The position numbers and the translations under genes were made by a program. The notes below the pieces were generated by a model that saw only the letters and a list, made by a program, of their open reading frames with translations, was not told the DNA's origin and ran no database searches. DNA of 64,000 bases from Octopus bimaculoides. Its lineage: Eukaryota. This document shows, in pieces, positions 39,635 through 50,335 of the stretch (position 1 is the stretch's first letter; the number at the start of each line of letters is the position of its first letter). The stretch lies in contig NC_068994.1 in the NCBI RefSeq assembly GCF_001194135.2, positions 12,709,078 to 12,773,077 on the forward strand, in the 5' to 3' direction.

Positions 39635-40663
39635 ATTATGATAAAATTATATATTATGCACTTTATTACCTCCGCCTTTGCAAAGGCGGAGGTATTGTTT
39701 TTGGTCATGTGTGTTTGTTTGGTGAGGTGTATACTGTAGGCTACTTGTCAGGCCAAAGGTATCTTGATTAAATGTAAGTTTACATTGTCACGAGGAGGTA
39801 CATGTTAACACATGGAAGATTTGATCAGAATCCACCATGAAATATAAAGAGAACTTTTTTCAGTTTATCATACTTTCATATGAAAAAAATCCACAACCTT
39901 CCACCTCAATAAGCCACTATGGTCTCCGAAAGTTGTTTATATACTTTTTTTCTACACCTTGGTCCTTGGATCTTATATATATCATATATATATATCAAAA
40001 GGATGTGTTATAACACTATTCCACATATGCAAAAAAACAACCATACCAACAATCCAACATACCTCCATCATCAGCTGCCCCAAGGATATCATTATGGTTT
40101 TGACACCTGGGCTGTGCCATTCAATCCAGTGGTGTCAACAGCACTAAAATAAGTGTTGTTTGGGAACAAACATATGAAAGGAACCACAACATTCAAACAC
40201 ATTTACTCTATGTACAACAGTATCTGTAAATAAATTCAATAAGTAAATCAATAACCAACTCCTAAATATATAACTAAACAGCAACCAAACCTTAAAGTCA
40301 TACATTTTATTCCCTACAGTCTTCCATAGTATTATAATGAAAGCTTAATAAGCACATTCATTCATCTAAATATAGGCAGGAATACACATTAACTTTAGAA
40401 TTAAACTACCACAAGAAAGAGTAAATCTATGTACAACTGTATTGGTATTTATAGTAAACCTACAGTAATTAAATTATATACTAAATAGTGACCAGACTTT
40501 AAGTCACTGTACTATGCAATACAATACTACACTTCATGGTACTATACCATGTTACACTAAGTTATACTAGGCTGTGCTGCATGACATTATATTGTATGCT
40601 ATGCAACACTGTACTGTGATAGAATATTGCCAAGTAAGATGTATGTGTGTGTATATAACGTGA

Positions 40664-40938
40664 GGCACAAGCAAGGCTGTGTGGTAAGAAGTTTGCTTCC
40701 CAACCACATGGGGGCACCTTGGGTTAACTGTCTTCTACTATAGACTTGAGCTAACCAAAGCCTTGTGAGCGGATTTGGTAGGCAGAAACTGAAAGAAGCC
40801 CCCCTCTCTCTCACACACACACACACACATACATTTGTTTGAACCCCGTCACTGCTTGACAACTCGTATTGGTGTGTTTGTGTCCCTGTAACTTAGTGGT
40901 TCAGCAAAAGAGACTGATAGGATAAGTACCAGGCCTAA
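40664..40938 (+). mobile_element. SINE family A with B-box deletion
   Basis: cccaaccacatgg joined directly to gggcaccttggg. Confidence 0.8.
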
Positions 40939-41170
40939 AAAGTGGGTTCATTTCATTGTTTGCAATGTGATTGGGATGGGTTTATTGTTCATTGCATTGT
41001 TTACTGTTCATTATGTTGTTAACAGTCCATTGTGTTTGTTTATTGCTCATTGTATTGTTTACAACCTGTTGTGTTGTTTATTGTTGGTGGTGTTATGTTT
41101 ATACTGTGATTACATGTTTTCAGTATTGCCTATGTATATTGTTATCCTTACAATGTTGTTTATCTTCCAG

Positions 41171-41293
41171 CCTGAGACACTTACTAAAGAAACCAGAGAC
41201 TTTCTGAAAGAAGTGACAGCAGAACTACAGGAGTGTGTACTTGCAGTGGTCCTTATACAGGAACTGGAGAGTTGTATATCAACCGATATTAAA
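41171..41293 (+). CDS. MAVS: MAVS-like gene, first identified coding exon (CARD helices 1-3)
   Basis: Acceptor tgttgtttatcttccag|CCT; donor AAA|gtttgg (weak); 123 nt, phase 0/0. Encodes PETLTKETRDFLKEVTAELQECVLAVVLIQELESCISTDIK, which aligns by eye with the N-terminal half of the MAVS-type CARD (human [34 protein letters not shown]). It has no Met, so a start exon lies upstream. Confidence 0.72.
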
Positions 41294-41699
41294 GTTTGGT
41301 ACATTTATCCCTTTTATTTGTTGTTGTTACCCCATTTTTTCTGGTTTTTTTTTTTTGTTTCTGTTTCATAATCTTGTATGGGATTTGTTAATGAAACCGT
41401 TGTCAATCCAAAAGGGTTTCTGCAGTCATTTAGACACTATTTGATATGAAGGTAATTCAGTAGCTTCATGTATTAACAGATGATCAAAGGCAGTCTAGCC
41501 ATGACTATCTTTCCTTTTTTTTTTTTTTTGTATCTAGATAAAAANNNNNNNNNNATGACTATCTTTCCTTTTTTTTTTTTTTTGTATCTAGATAAAAAGG
41601 CGTAGCTATGTGGTCGAGAAGCTTTCTTCCTAACCATGTACTCTTGGGGTGAGACCCACTGCATGGCACCTTTGATTTGATGTTCAGGCAACATTTATT

Positions 41700-42020
41700 T
41701 GATGGAGCGAGTGAACTGATATGCAGGCATGAGTTGGACGGTTTGACTAAGGTCTGGCAAGCCAGTGGGCTGCCCCAAGCTCCAATCTGATCTGGCAATG
41801 ATTCTACAGCTGGATGCCCAATGCCAATCACTCCAAGAGTGTAGCGGGTGCTTTTTACGTGCCACCGACACAGGAGCCAGTCAGGGAGCACTGGTATTGA
41901 CCATGTTCGGATAGTGCTTTTCACATGCCACTGGCACGGGAGCCAGGCATTGGCTTTGACCACATTTAGACGGTGCATTTTACGTGCCACCGGCACTGAA
42001 GCCAGTCAGGCTGCACTAGC
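41700..42020 (-). mobile_element. SINE/RTE-tail family D, decayed
   Basis: ctacagctggatgccc..gccaatcactccaagagtgtag..ttttacgtgccacc subrepeats. Confidence 0.75.
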
Positions 42021-42857
42021 CATGATGTGCAGCAAGAAATTGCAGAACTGTCTTTCTTGGACTATGAGAGACTATCATGTTTGTGTTATTGTCTCCTTGC
42101 CTTGCCATCATGTGATAGTTATAAATGTCACTGTCATACTGGCAGTGTCCTTCATATCCCATCTTCCCATTCAGTGTGGAGTCATTTATATGTCATTCAG
42201 TCACTTACATGCCATGGAAACTGAGTGAAGCTCTGGACCTTCTGAGTCCTGGAGGTTATGATGGCTCTAATATTTTGGTTACAGGTCGGGTGGTTGACAA
42301 TCTGATTCCTAGTTTAACCCTTTAACATTGGATTGGATTGCCTATGTCTGATCTACTGCAGGATGAAGGCCTCAGTATGTTCTCTCTCAATCATGGTCTG
42401 ATGTGAAGACCATGTATTGAGATTGAGATCGTACTGGTTTGGTGAGCCTACTTTGCTACTCTGGCTCAACATGGCTTGACACAGGGGTACACTCTTTATA
42501 CTCTTATCCAAGAGTAGTTAAGTCATTTACATCAACATAAGTACTCAACTGGTATTTATTTTATTAACCACAAAATGATGAAAGCAAAGTTGACCTTGGT
42601 GGAATTTGAACTCAACTCAAATTGTATGGACAGATGAGATTTTGCTAAGTATTTCACTTGGTGTGCTAACAATTCTGCCAGCTCGCCACAATAAATCTTG
42701 CATATCTGACCAAAATATTCAGTTTTATGTTCAAATTGGCCTGATTTGGCCTCTCTACACCTACCCTACAATATCATTCTAAAAATAAAACAATCACATC
42801 ATTGAAATCTTGAAACTATGAGATAATGCATAATTAATTCGAAGCACGTGAACAGAC

Positions 42858-43305
42858 ATAGGCAAGGCTGTATGGTAAAAAGTTTGCTTTTGAACCACAT
42901 GGTTCTGGGTTCGGTGCCACTGTGTGAGACTTTGGACGAGTGTCATCTAGCCTCTGGCTAACCAAATCTTTGTGAGTGGATTTGGTAGATGGAAACTAAA
43001 AGAAACCTGCCGTGTGTGTATGTGTCTTTGTCTGTGTTTGTCTCCCATCATTGCTTGACAACTGGTATTGGTGTGGTTACATCACCTTAACTTAGCAGTT
43101 CAGCAAAAGAGACCAAGTTTGCTTCCCAACCACATGGTGGCACCTTGGGTAACTGTCTTCTACTATAGACTCGATCCAACCAAAGTACCAGGCTTAAAAA
43201 AAAATTTTTAAAACAAGAAGTACTGGGGTCAATTCATTTGACTAATATTCTTTGAATATCAGTGCCCCAGCATGGCTGCAGTCTAATGACTGGAACAAAT
43301 AGAAG
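42858..43305 (+). mobile_element. SINE family A, old, inserted in a piggyBac-type MITE
   Basis: Family match; the flanks (about 42700-42850 and 43305-43345) are the two halves of the MITE seen intact at 52867-53082. Confidence 0.75.
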
Positions 43306-44298
43306 AAAATAAGCATTACATTGACAGAATAATCTAAACGCTAAAGAATCCCTTGACACAATCACCTGGTGCTTGAGGACCCTTGGACAAGTTCTCTATG
43401 TTGCAAGCATTCAGGCCAGATCTTAAGATTCCTTATTCCCATTAGTCCTTAGAAAAACCAAAAGAATTGGGTGATTTGACAGGTGGGCAGTGGTGGCTGC
43501 ATGGCCACTGCCCTTCTCTCCTTCACTGAGTGATAAAATCAGGAGTTTAGTGTCAATGCAATGCATAAAAACATTAAATCGTTAATAGTTATTATTTTTA
43601 AATGAAGAGGCAAAGTATTATCACTGGCATGTACCTCAAAAATCATTGAGTGTATGTATATGTGAGTGGAGGCTTGTATGTTTGTGTGTATAAATGTGCA
43701 TGTGATTGTGTATGCATGTATATGTATCTGTGTGTGTGTGAAGATTTATGTTTGTGTGCATGTGTACATTTGCATACGTTTGTGGGTACATATATATATA
43801 TGTGTGTGTGTGTGTATTTTTTTTTGCATTCATTGTTGAAAACTGCAGTTCATATTTCATTTCACATCCTACCTGCCATTTTTTACTGTATTAATTTCTT
43901 TGTTACTGCAAAATTGTGTATGAATTCTGCCCAGGTCCATTATATTGATGTGGCAATATCTCCCCTGCTCCAACTAACTTAAACAACCAAACCACTTCAC
44001 CATATTACATTGCAAGGTAAATACAATAGAGCTGGCAACAGCTATATTCAGCTTTACAATAACAGAGAAACTGAATGAGAAAAATGGGCAAATAAAGTAA
44101 ATATTGTAGTAATAATAATAATAATAATGTTTTTTTTTCCTGCTTTCTAATATGTTGTGCATTTATGAAATAATAATATAAAGCGGAGAAGTCAAGATTT
44201 TAATGAATAAAAATGGGCATCAAAAAGTTATTTAGTTGTTCCTCATTATATAAATATGTCTCTTCTCTTTCCCTAACAAACACATACATATATATTAT

Positions 44299-44668
44299 TG
44301 TTGGCACTCCGTCGCTTACGTTGTCGAGGGTTCCAGTTGATCCGATCAACGGAACAGCCTGCTTGTGAAATTAACATGCAAGTGGCTGAGCACTCCACAG
44401 ACACGTGTACCCTTAACGTAGTTCTCGGAGATATTCAGCGTGACACAGTGTGACAAGGCTGACCCTTTGAATTACAAGCACAACAGAAACAGGAAGTAAG
44501 AGTGAGAGAAAGTTGTGGTGGAAGAATACAGCAGGGTTCGACACCATCCCCTGCTGGAGCTTTAGGTGTTTTCGCTCAATAAACACTCACAACGCCCGGT
44601 CTGGGAATCGAAACCGTGATCCTATGACCGCGAGTCCGCTGCCCTAACCACTGGCCAATTGCACCTCC
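44299..44668 (-). mobile_element. SINE family B, full length, young
   Basis: High-identity reverse complement of 47798-48172. Confidence 0.9.
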
Positions 44669-45230
44669 ATTACATATATATATATATATATATATATGTA
44701 TTTTATTATCATTATTTAATGTTCACTTTTCCATGCTTGCATGGGCCAGGAACACGAAGCTGCGGCACAAGTGCCAGGAAGGTGACACCGGTAACGATCA
44801 TGCTCAAACGGTGGTGCCATCATGATTTCACTTTTGCTTGCTCTAACAGGTCTTTGCAAGCAGAGTTTAGTGTCCAATGGAGGAGACATTGGCATAGGGG
44901 CCAGTCGTCGAATTTAGTTCAATTTCAATTTCACTTGCCTCAACAGGTCTTTGCAAGTGGAGTTTAGTGTCCAACGGAGGAAAGGTATGCATAAGTGGGC
45001 TGGCTACATCCCTGGCAGAGGCCTTGGATTTTGTCATTGATACTAATGCAACCTCTTTTGTGTTTTGGTATTTCGTGAATGAAGATCTTTGATGTCACTG
45101 CTATAAATGTAGGTACATCTCGCCTAGATGTTTGTATGGACCATGCATACCACATGTAACCTCTCTCATCCATCTGTATGTAGTGTTTAGTTGTTTTAAA
45201 ATAGGTAAATGAATTCCTGTTTTTTCATAG

Positions 45231-45399
45231 GACCAAATTGAATTGGAATATGAAATTAAAGGGAACAAGGCTGCTGTGAATAGTTTACTTTGTCATCTTG
45301 CATTGAGTGAGCACTGGCAGTTGAGACTAACTGAAGCTTTACTCAGTTCCAGCATCAACCTACCTGACTTAGCTGAGAAAGTGAAACGGTCCCAAGAAG
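45231..45399 (+). CDS. MAVS: MAVS-like gene, CARD C-terminal exon
   Basis: Acceptor cctgttttttcatag|GAC; donor GAAG|gtaagt; 169 nt, phase 0/1. Encodes DQIELEYEIKGNKAAVNSLLCHLALSEHWQLRLTEALLSSSINLPDLAEKVKRSQE, compared with human MAVS [49 protein letters not shown] (shared GN, W, xAL, DLAxxV). Confidence 0.82.
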
Positions 45400-45424
45400 G
45401 TAAGTTTATCTACGAACTTTTCAT

Positions 45425-45735
45425 TTACATGTTTCAGTCTTTTGACTCTGGCCATACTGGGGCACCACCTTGAAGAATTTTTAGTCAAATGTATCAACCC
45501 CAATACTTAATTTTTTTAAAACCTGATACTTATTTTATCAGTCTCTTTCACCAAACTGCAAAGTTACAGGAATGTAAACACACTGGTACTGGTTGTCAAA
45601 CAGTGGGAACACACACATACGACAGGCTTCTTTCAGTTTCCGTCTACCAAATCCAAATCCACTCACAAGGCTTTGATCAGCCTGAGGCTATAGTAGAAGA
45701 CACTTACCCAAGGTGCCATGCAGTTGGACTTAACC
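45425..45735 (-). mobile_element. SINE family A, decayed
   Basis: Family match starting about 25 nt downstream of the CARD exon donor. Confidence 0.75.
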
Positions 45736-46139
45736 CTGTTTGCCTATTTTTGCCCTTGTGGCTATACAGTTGTACTAATTGTTATTGTTGAGGTTAGCTG
45801 AACAACTGTGACTCATATATGTTATTGTTGGAGATGTACCATGACATCTTGGTTGGCAATTATACACAGCAAACTAGCAAGAGTGTTAGAGTACAGGACA
45901 AAATATTCTATGACATTTGTTCTGGTTCTCTGCACTGTGAGTTCAAGTTCTGTTAAGGTCATCTTTAGAGTAATGGATAAAATACCTTGTGGAATTTGTT
46001 CCAGCTATTTGTGTTTTGAATTTGTAGCTCGTAGACTTACTATGATTTCTGTTGTATACGAAGCATTTTTTAATATTTTTAAATGTATCCAAAATTTGCC
46101 CTGCATCTAATGTCCACACATCTCAGATATGTATACCCT

Positions 46140-46465
46140 TCTGGCCGTTGCCAGTACCGCCTGACTGGCTCCTGTAGGATTTTAGAGCGAGATCGTTGCC
46201 AGTGCCCCTGGACTGGCTTGTGCGGGTGGCACATAAAAGACACCATTTCGAGCGTGGCCGTTTTCGTGCGGGTGACACGTAAAAGCACCCACTACACTCT
46301 CTGAGTGGTTGGCGTTAGGAAGGGCATCCAGCTGTAGAAACTCTGCCAAATCAGACTGGAGCCTGGTGTTGCCACCCGGTTTCACCAGTCCTCAGTCAAA
46401 TCGTCCAACCCATGCTAGCATGGAAAGCGGACGTTAAACGATGATGATGATGATGATGATGATGA
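46140..46465 (+). mobile_element. SINE/RTE-tail family D
   Basis: ggttggcgttaggaagggcatccagctgtagaaa ... gacgttaaacg(atg)n. Confidence 0.88.
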
Positions 46466-46794
46466 TTAACATGGTTCTCCGGTAGGTTAGCATAACTCAG
46501 AATGTAACAAGGCTGGCCTTTTGGAATATGGGTACTACTCATTTTTGCCAGCTGAGTGGAATGGAGCAATGTGAAATAAAGTGTCTTGCTCAAGGATACA
46601 ATGCAACATGCTGCTGGGAATTGAACTCATGAGCTTACAATTGTGAGCCCAACACCCTGACCACTAAGCCATATTGCTGATGGGAGACCAAGTGCCATAG
46701 ACTAGGGAACCAGATGAGCCTAAGTCCACCAGGTACAAAAATTGTTACTAATAAAATACTGAAAATGTGCCAAGTTATCAAAGTCTGTTAACAC

Positions 46795-47037
46795 AAACTT
46801 ATAAAAAATTGCTAATGGTACATTGGTAGTTATATGGAGAAATTACATCATCTTTGTATCTCCTTCCTCTGCATACACATCTCACACCTGATTTAATTAC
46901 ATTATTTAATGACTGCGTTAGTTTTAAGAAACATACTAGGAACATAAAATGATGTGTATGCAGAGGAAGGAGATACAAAGATGATGTAATTTCTCCATAT
47001 AACTACCAATGTACCATTAGCAATTTTTTATAAGTTT
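46795..47037. repeat. Perfect 87-bp inverted repeat with 69-nt loop
   Basis: Arms 46795-46881 and 46951-47037 are exact reverse complements by eye. Confidence 0.93.
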
Positions 47038-47180
47038 CTTTCAGTTTCCATCTACTAAATCCATTCACAAGGCTTTGGTCAGTTGGGAGCTATAGTAGAA
47101 GACTCTTGCCCAAGGTGCCATGCAGTAGTGCTGAACCCAGAATCATGTGGTTGGGAAGCAAACTTCTTACCACACAGCCA
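47038..47180 (-). mobile_element. SINE family A, 5' half
   Basis: Begins immediately after the right arm of the 87-bp inverted repeat. Confidence 0.8.
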
Positions 47181-47797
47181 CATTACATTTTGTTTCTCCC
47201 AAATTAATTAATGACAAAAAGAAATAATAAAATAAAATACTGGACATTTCAGTATACGGTAATTAATTTGTATGGGGTTCACTAACAGTCTGGACTTGTT
47301 GTTCTATCAACACTGTCTTATCTGTTTTTATTGTAGAGTTCCATATCGGCTTTTGATCACGTAGACATATATAACATGCAGGTGGTTGGCTGAATGACTA
47401 GATATTACTCACAGACCTATTGTTCTCAATATGCCATGCTTCCACCTAGCATAGACAATGACCTACATACACAAGTTAATTGCATGCAGTGGTGCAGCTC
47501 AATAGCCCACCCAGGGTGCACACTCTCCACTGTTCAGTCACTATCTGTATGCTTTGAGATTCTGGTGGTGACAGCAATGAAAGTGGGCAGGGTGAACTTG
47601 CTTGCTCTGAGTGTGACAGCTGTTGTTACTCTGCTCTTAGCATTGTCATAGTAGCAAACGAGAGAATTGATAGAACACCAGGTATGCCCCTTTATATTCT
47701 GATTCCAAATCCTGCAAAGTTCAACTTTGCTTTTCCTTTATGCCCCATGACAATTGTCAAACTCATCTTATTAATTATTTAGTAATTATTACAAAGT

Positions 47798-48172
47798 GGA
47801 GGCGCAATGGCCCAGTGGTTAGGGCAGCAGACTTGCGGTTTCGATTCCCAGACCGGGCGTTGTGAGTATTTATTGAGTGAAAACACCTATAAGCTCAACG
47901 AGGCTCCGGCAGGGGATGGTGGCGAACCCTGCTGTACTCTTTCACCACAACTTTCTCTCACTCTTACTTCCTGTTTCTGTTGTGCCTGTAATTCAAAGGG
48001 TCAGCCTTGTCACACTCTGTGTCACGCTGAATATCCCCGAGAACTACGTTAAGGGTACACGTGTCTGTGGAGTGCTCAGCCACTTGCACGTTAATTTCAC
48101 GAGCAGGCTGTTCCGTTGATCGGATCAACTGGAACGCTCGACGTCGTAAGTGACAGAGTGCCAACAACAACA
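47798..48172 (+). mobile_element. SINE family B, full length with TSD
   Basis: A/B-box head; (CAA)n tail; AATTATTAC duplicated on both flanks. Confidence 0.92.
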
Positions 48173-49114
48173 ATTATTACGAAACTAAGATAGCTGTTGG
48201 ATATAACGTGACATTAGGTAACACATGCCATAGAGATTATGAATTGATAAATTTTATATAATCAATATAGATTAATTTTATATAAGCTAGTATTTGTAGC
48301 CTTGCTTTTAAAGTGGTGTTTAACCATTTTTAGCTATGGAACCCCTTTGATAACTGTTCTATTCTGGTGGATTCCTATAGCTGTTCAATGTTTAAGAACT
48401 AGTTTTATAAGTGCTCTTTTCTAAATCCCGATTTTGTTTTTCACATGTGTAACCCACATACCTTGTCTCACTCTATTATTGCCATCTGCTAGCCGCTGAC
48501 CTGGGTGTTCCACCCACACACAAGAAAACTTTTTTTTCACCCTACCCTAACAAACCAATTTACATCTCTTTCTCGCATTTCCTCCTTCATTCACTATGCC
48601 TAGATCTCATCTCCCAGTCCTGTCCTTACACCCCTGCTCCTCTGGTTTGATGAGCCTACTCTGTCATTCTGGCTTGACATGGCTTGGCAGATTAATGCAG
48701 TCTTTTTTTCTTTCTATACTCATACTCAAGAGTAAAGTCAATTACATTGCTCACCCCATGCTCAACTGGCACTTAATTTATTGACCCTGAAATGATGAAA
48801 GGCTAAGTTAGTCTCAGCATTTCACCCAGCATGTTAACAATTCTGCCAACTTGCTGCATATAAACATCCTAAACTAGACAAAAAATGCTATTGGACTGAT
48901 TGGTAAAGACAAATTATTTTATCACTGGCTTCTACTCTGTGGGTGAGAGCAGCATATCACTTCTACCCAACATATCCACTTTTGTCCTTCTTTCTTTTAG
49001 AACCCAAACTGTTTTTTCCCATGTGGTCTTTTCTTCCCTTTCAGTATTTTTTTAAAAGCCCTTTTGCTACGTAAACAAAAAAATTGATCATAATTTACCT
49101 TTCTTTGTTTCTAG

Positions 49115-49339
49115 ATCTGGTGTCTAAGAATTACCATTTTAGTAACGAGTACAGCTGTAGGAAAAATAATAATAACCACAATAAAAATACTTACAAGTCA
49201 CTGCAAAAAGAGGTGAGCAGAAAGTGGAGTATTCCAGATGAATCTAAATGGGAATCCATTCTACCAAACCTACTTGGGCCCCTGAAACGATTGGACCAAG
49301 AATACCCTGAAAGCTGGAGACTGTTGGCTTTACATCTTG
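49115..49339 (+). CDS. MAVS: MAVS-like gene, linker plus first half of death domain
   Basis: Acceptor ctttctttgtttctag|AT; donor CTTG|gtatgt; 225 nt, phase 1/1, in frame with both neighbours. Ends in LDQEYPESWRLLALHLG, the death-domain LD...WRxLAxxLG signature. Confidence 0.85.
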
Positions 49340-49414
49340 GTATGTTTACAGCAAATGATTTTGGTCATTGATCATCAGTTATGGTTTTGTATTTCTAAAA
49401 TACACATCACCGTC

Positions 49415-49590
49415 GTCATCATCATCATCATTTAGTGTCCATTTTCCAAGCTGGCATGGGTCAGATAGTTTGACGGGCTGGTAAGCTGGAGAGCTGTGCC
49501 AGGCTCTGCTCTGATTTGGCTTGGTTTCTATGGTTGGATGTCTTTCTTAACGCCAACCACTCCAAGAGTGTAGTGGGTGCCTTTTACTAT
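49415..49590 (-). mobile_element. SINE/RTE-tail family D, decayed
   Basis: (CAT)n tail and ttaacgccaaccactccaagagtgtagtgggtgc. Confidence 0.75.
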
Positions 49591-50335
49591 TCACCACTAT
49601 GATTCCACATGGCTTGACATGTCTTCTCAAGCATGGCTAATCACCAAAGGTCTTGATCACTTATCACCTCTGTGAAATTCAACATCCAAAGATCATGCTT
49701 CACCACTTTGTCTCATGTTTTCCTGGATCTAGCACTTCTACAGTTTCCTTCTACAGCATTTGTAAAGTACACAGCAGTTAATTAACTAGTTTGGTGATGG
49801 ATTTTTTTTAAATTACTGATTATCATTTGATGTAGAGTATTGAGAAACAGACAGACAAAGACTCCTCTTCTCCAACAAATTTTTCTCCATGGAGTTTATT
49901 TTTTAAAAATGTTAACATACTTTGATATTAAGATCTGGTTGTAAGATGACTCCCTTGCTGATGCTTTAAGTATAAAACATTTTCTGTTTTATTTTTGCCT
50001 ATGTATTTTTTATATATGCATACACACACACATACATATAAATATGATGGAGAAATGTCATGGCCTTGTGTGGTATGGCTTGTTAATAATAGACTGTTAT
50101 ATAGTGAAAGTCTTTTTTTAAAGTCTGTGTTGCATTGTGTTGACAGACTTGCATTTATTTTAAATTGAATGGGTAAGATATATTAACAGGTTTTAGAAAG
50201 ATCTAGCATTTTAAGATGAATTAATGGGTTTTAAAAAGAACTGGTATTTTAATATAAATTGGTGAGTTTTAGAAAAATCTACCATTTTAAGACAAATTAA
50301 TGGAATTTCTTTTTTCTTTCTTTGTTTTTACGTAG

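Noticed and set aside
41502-41596. Short duplication either side of a 10-N gap
   Set aside because: Contig-end overlap artefact.
47337-47381. 45-nt candidate MAVS cassette exon (ttgtag|...CAG|gtggtt)
   Set aside because: It is open only in phase 0 while the flanking exons are phase 1 (in-frame TGA), and the donor is weak. At most a poison exon, with no support.
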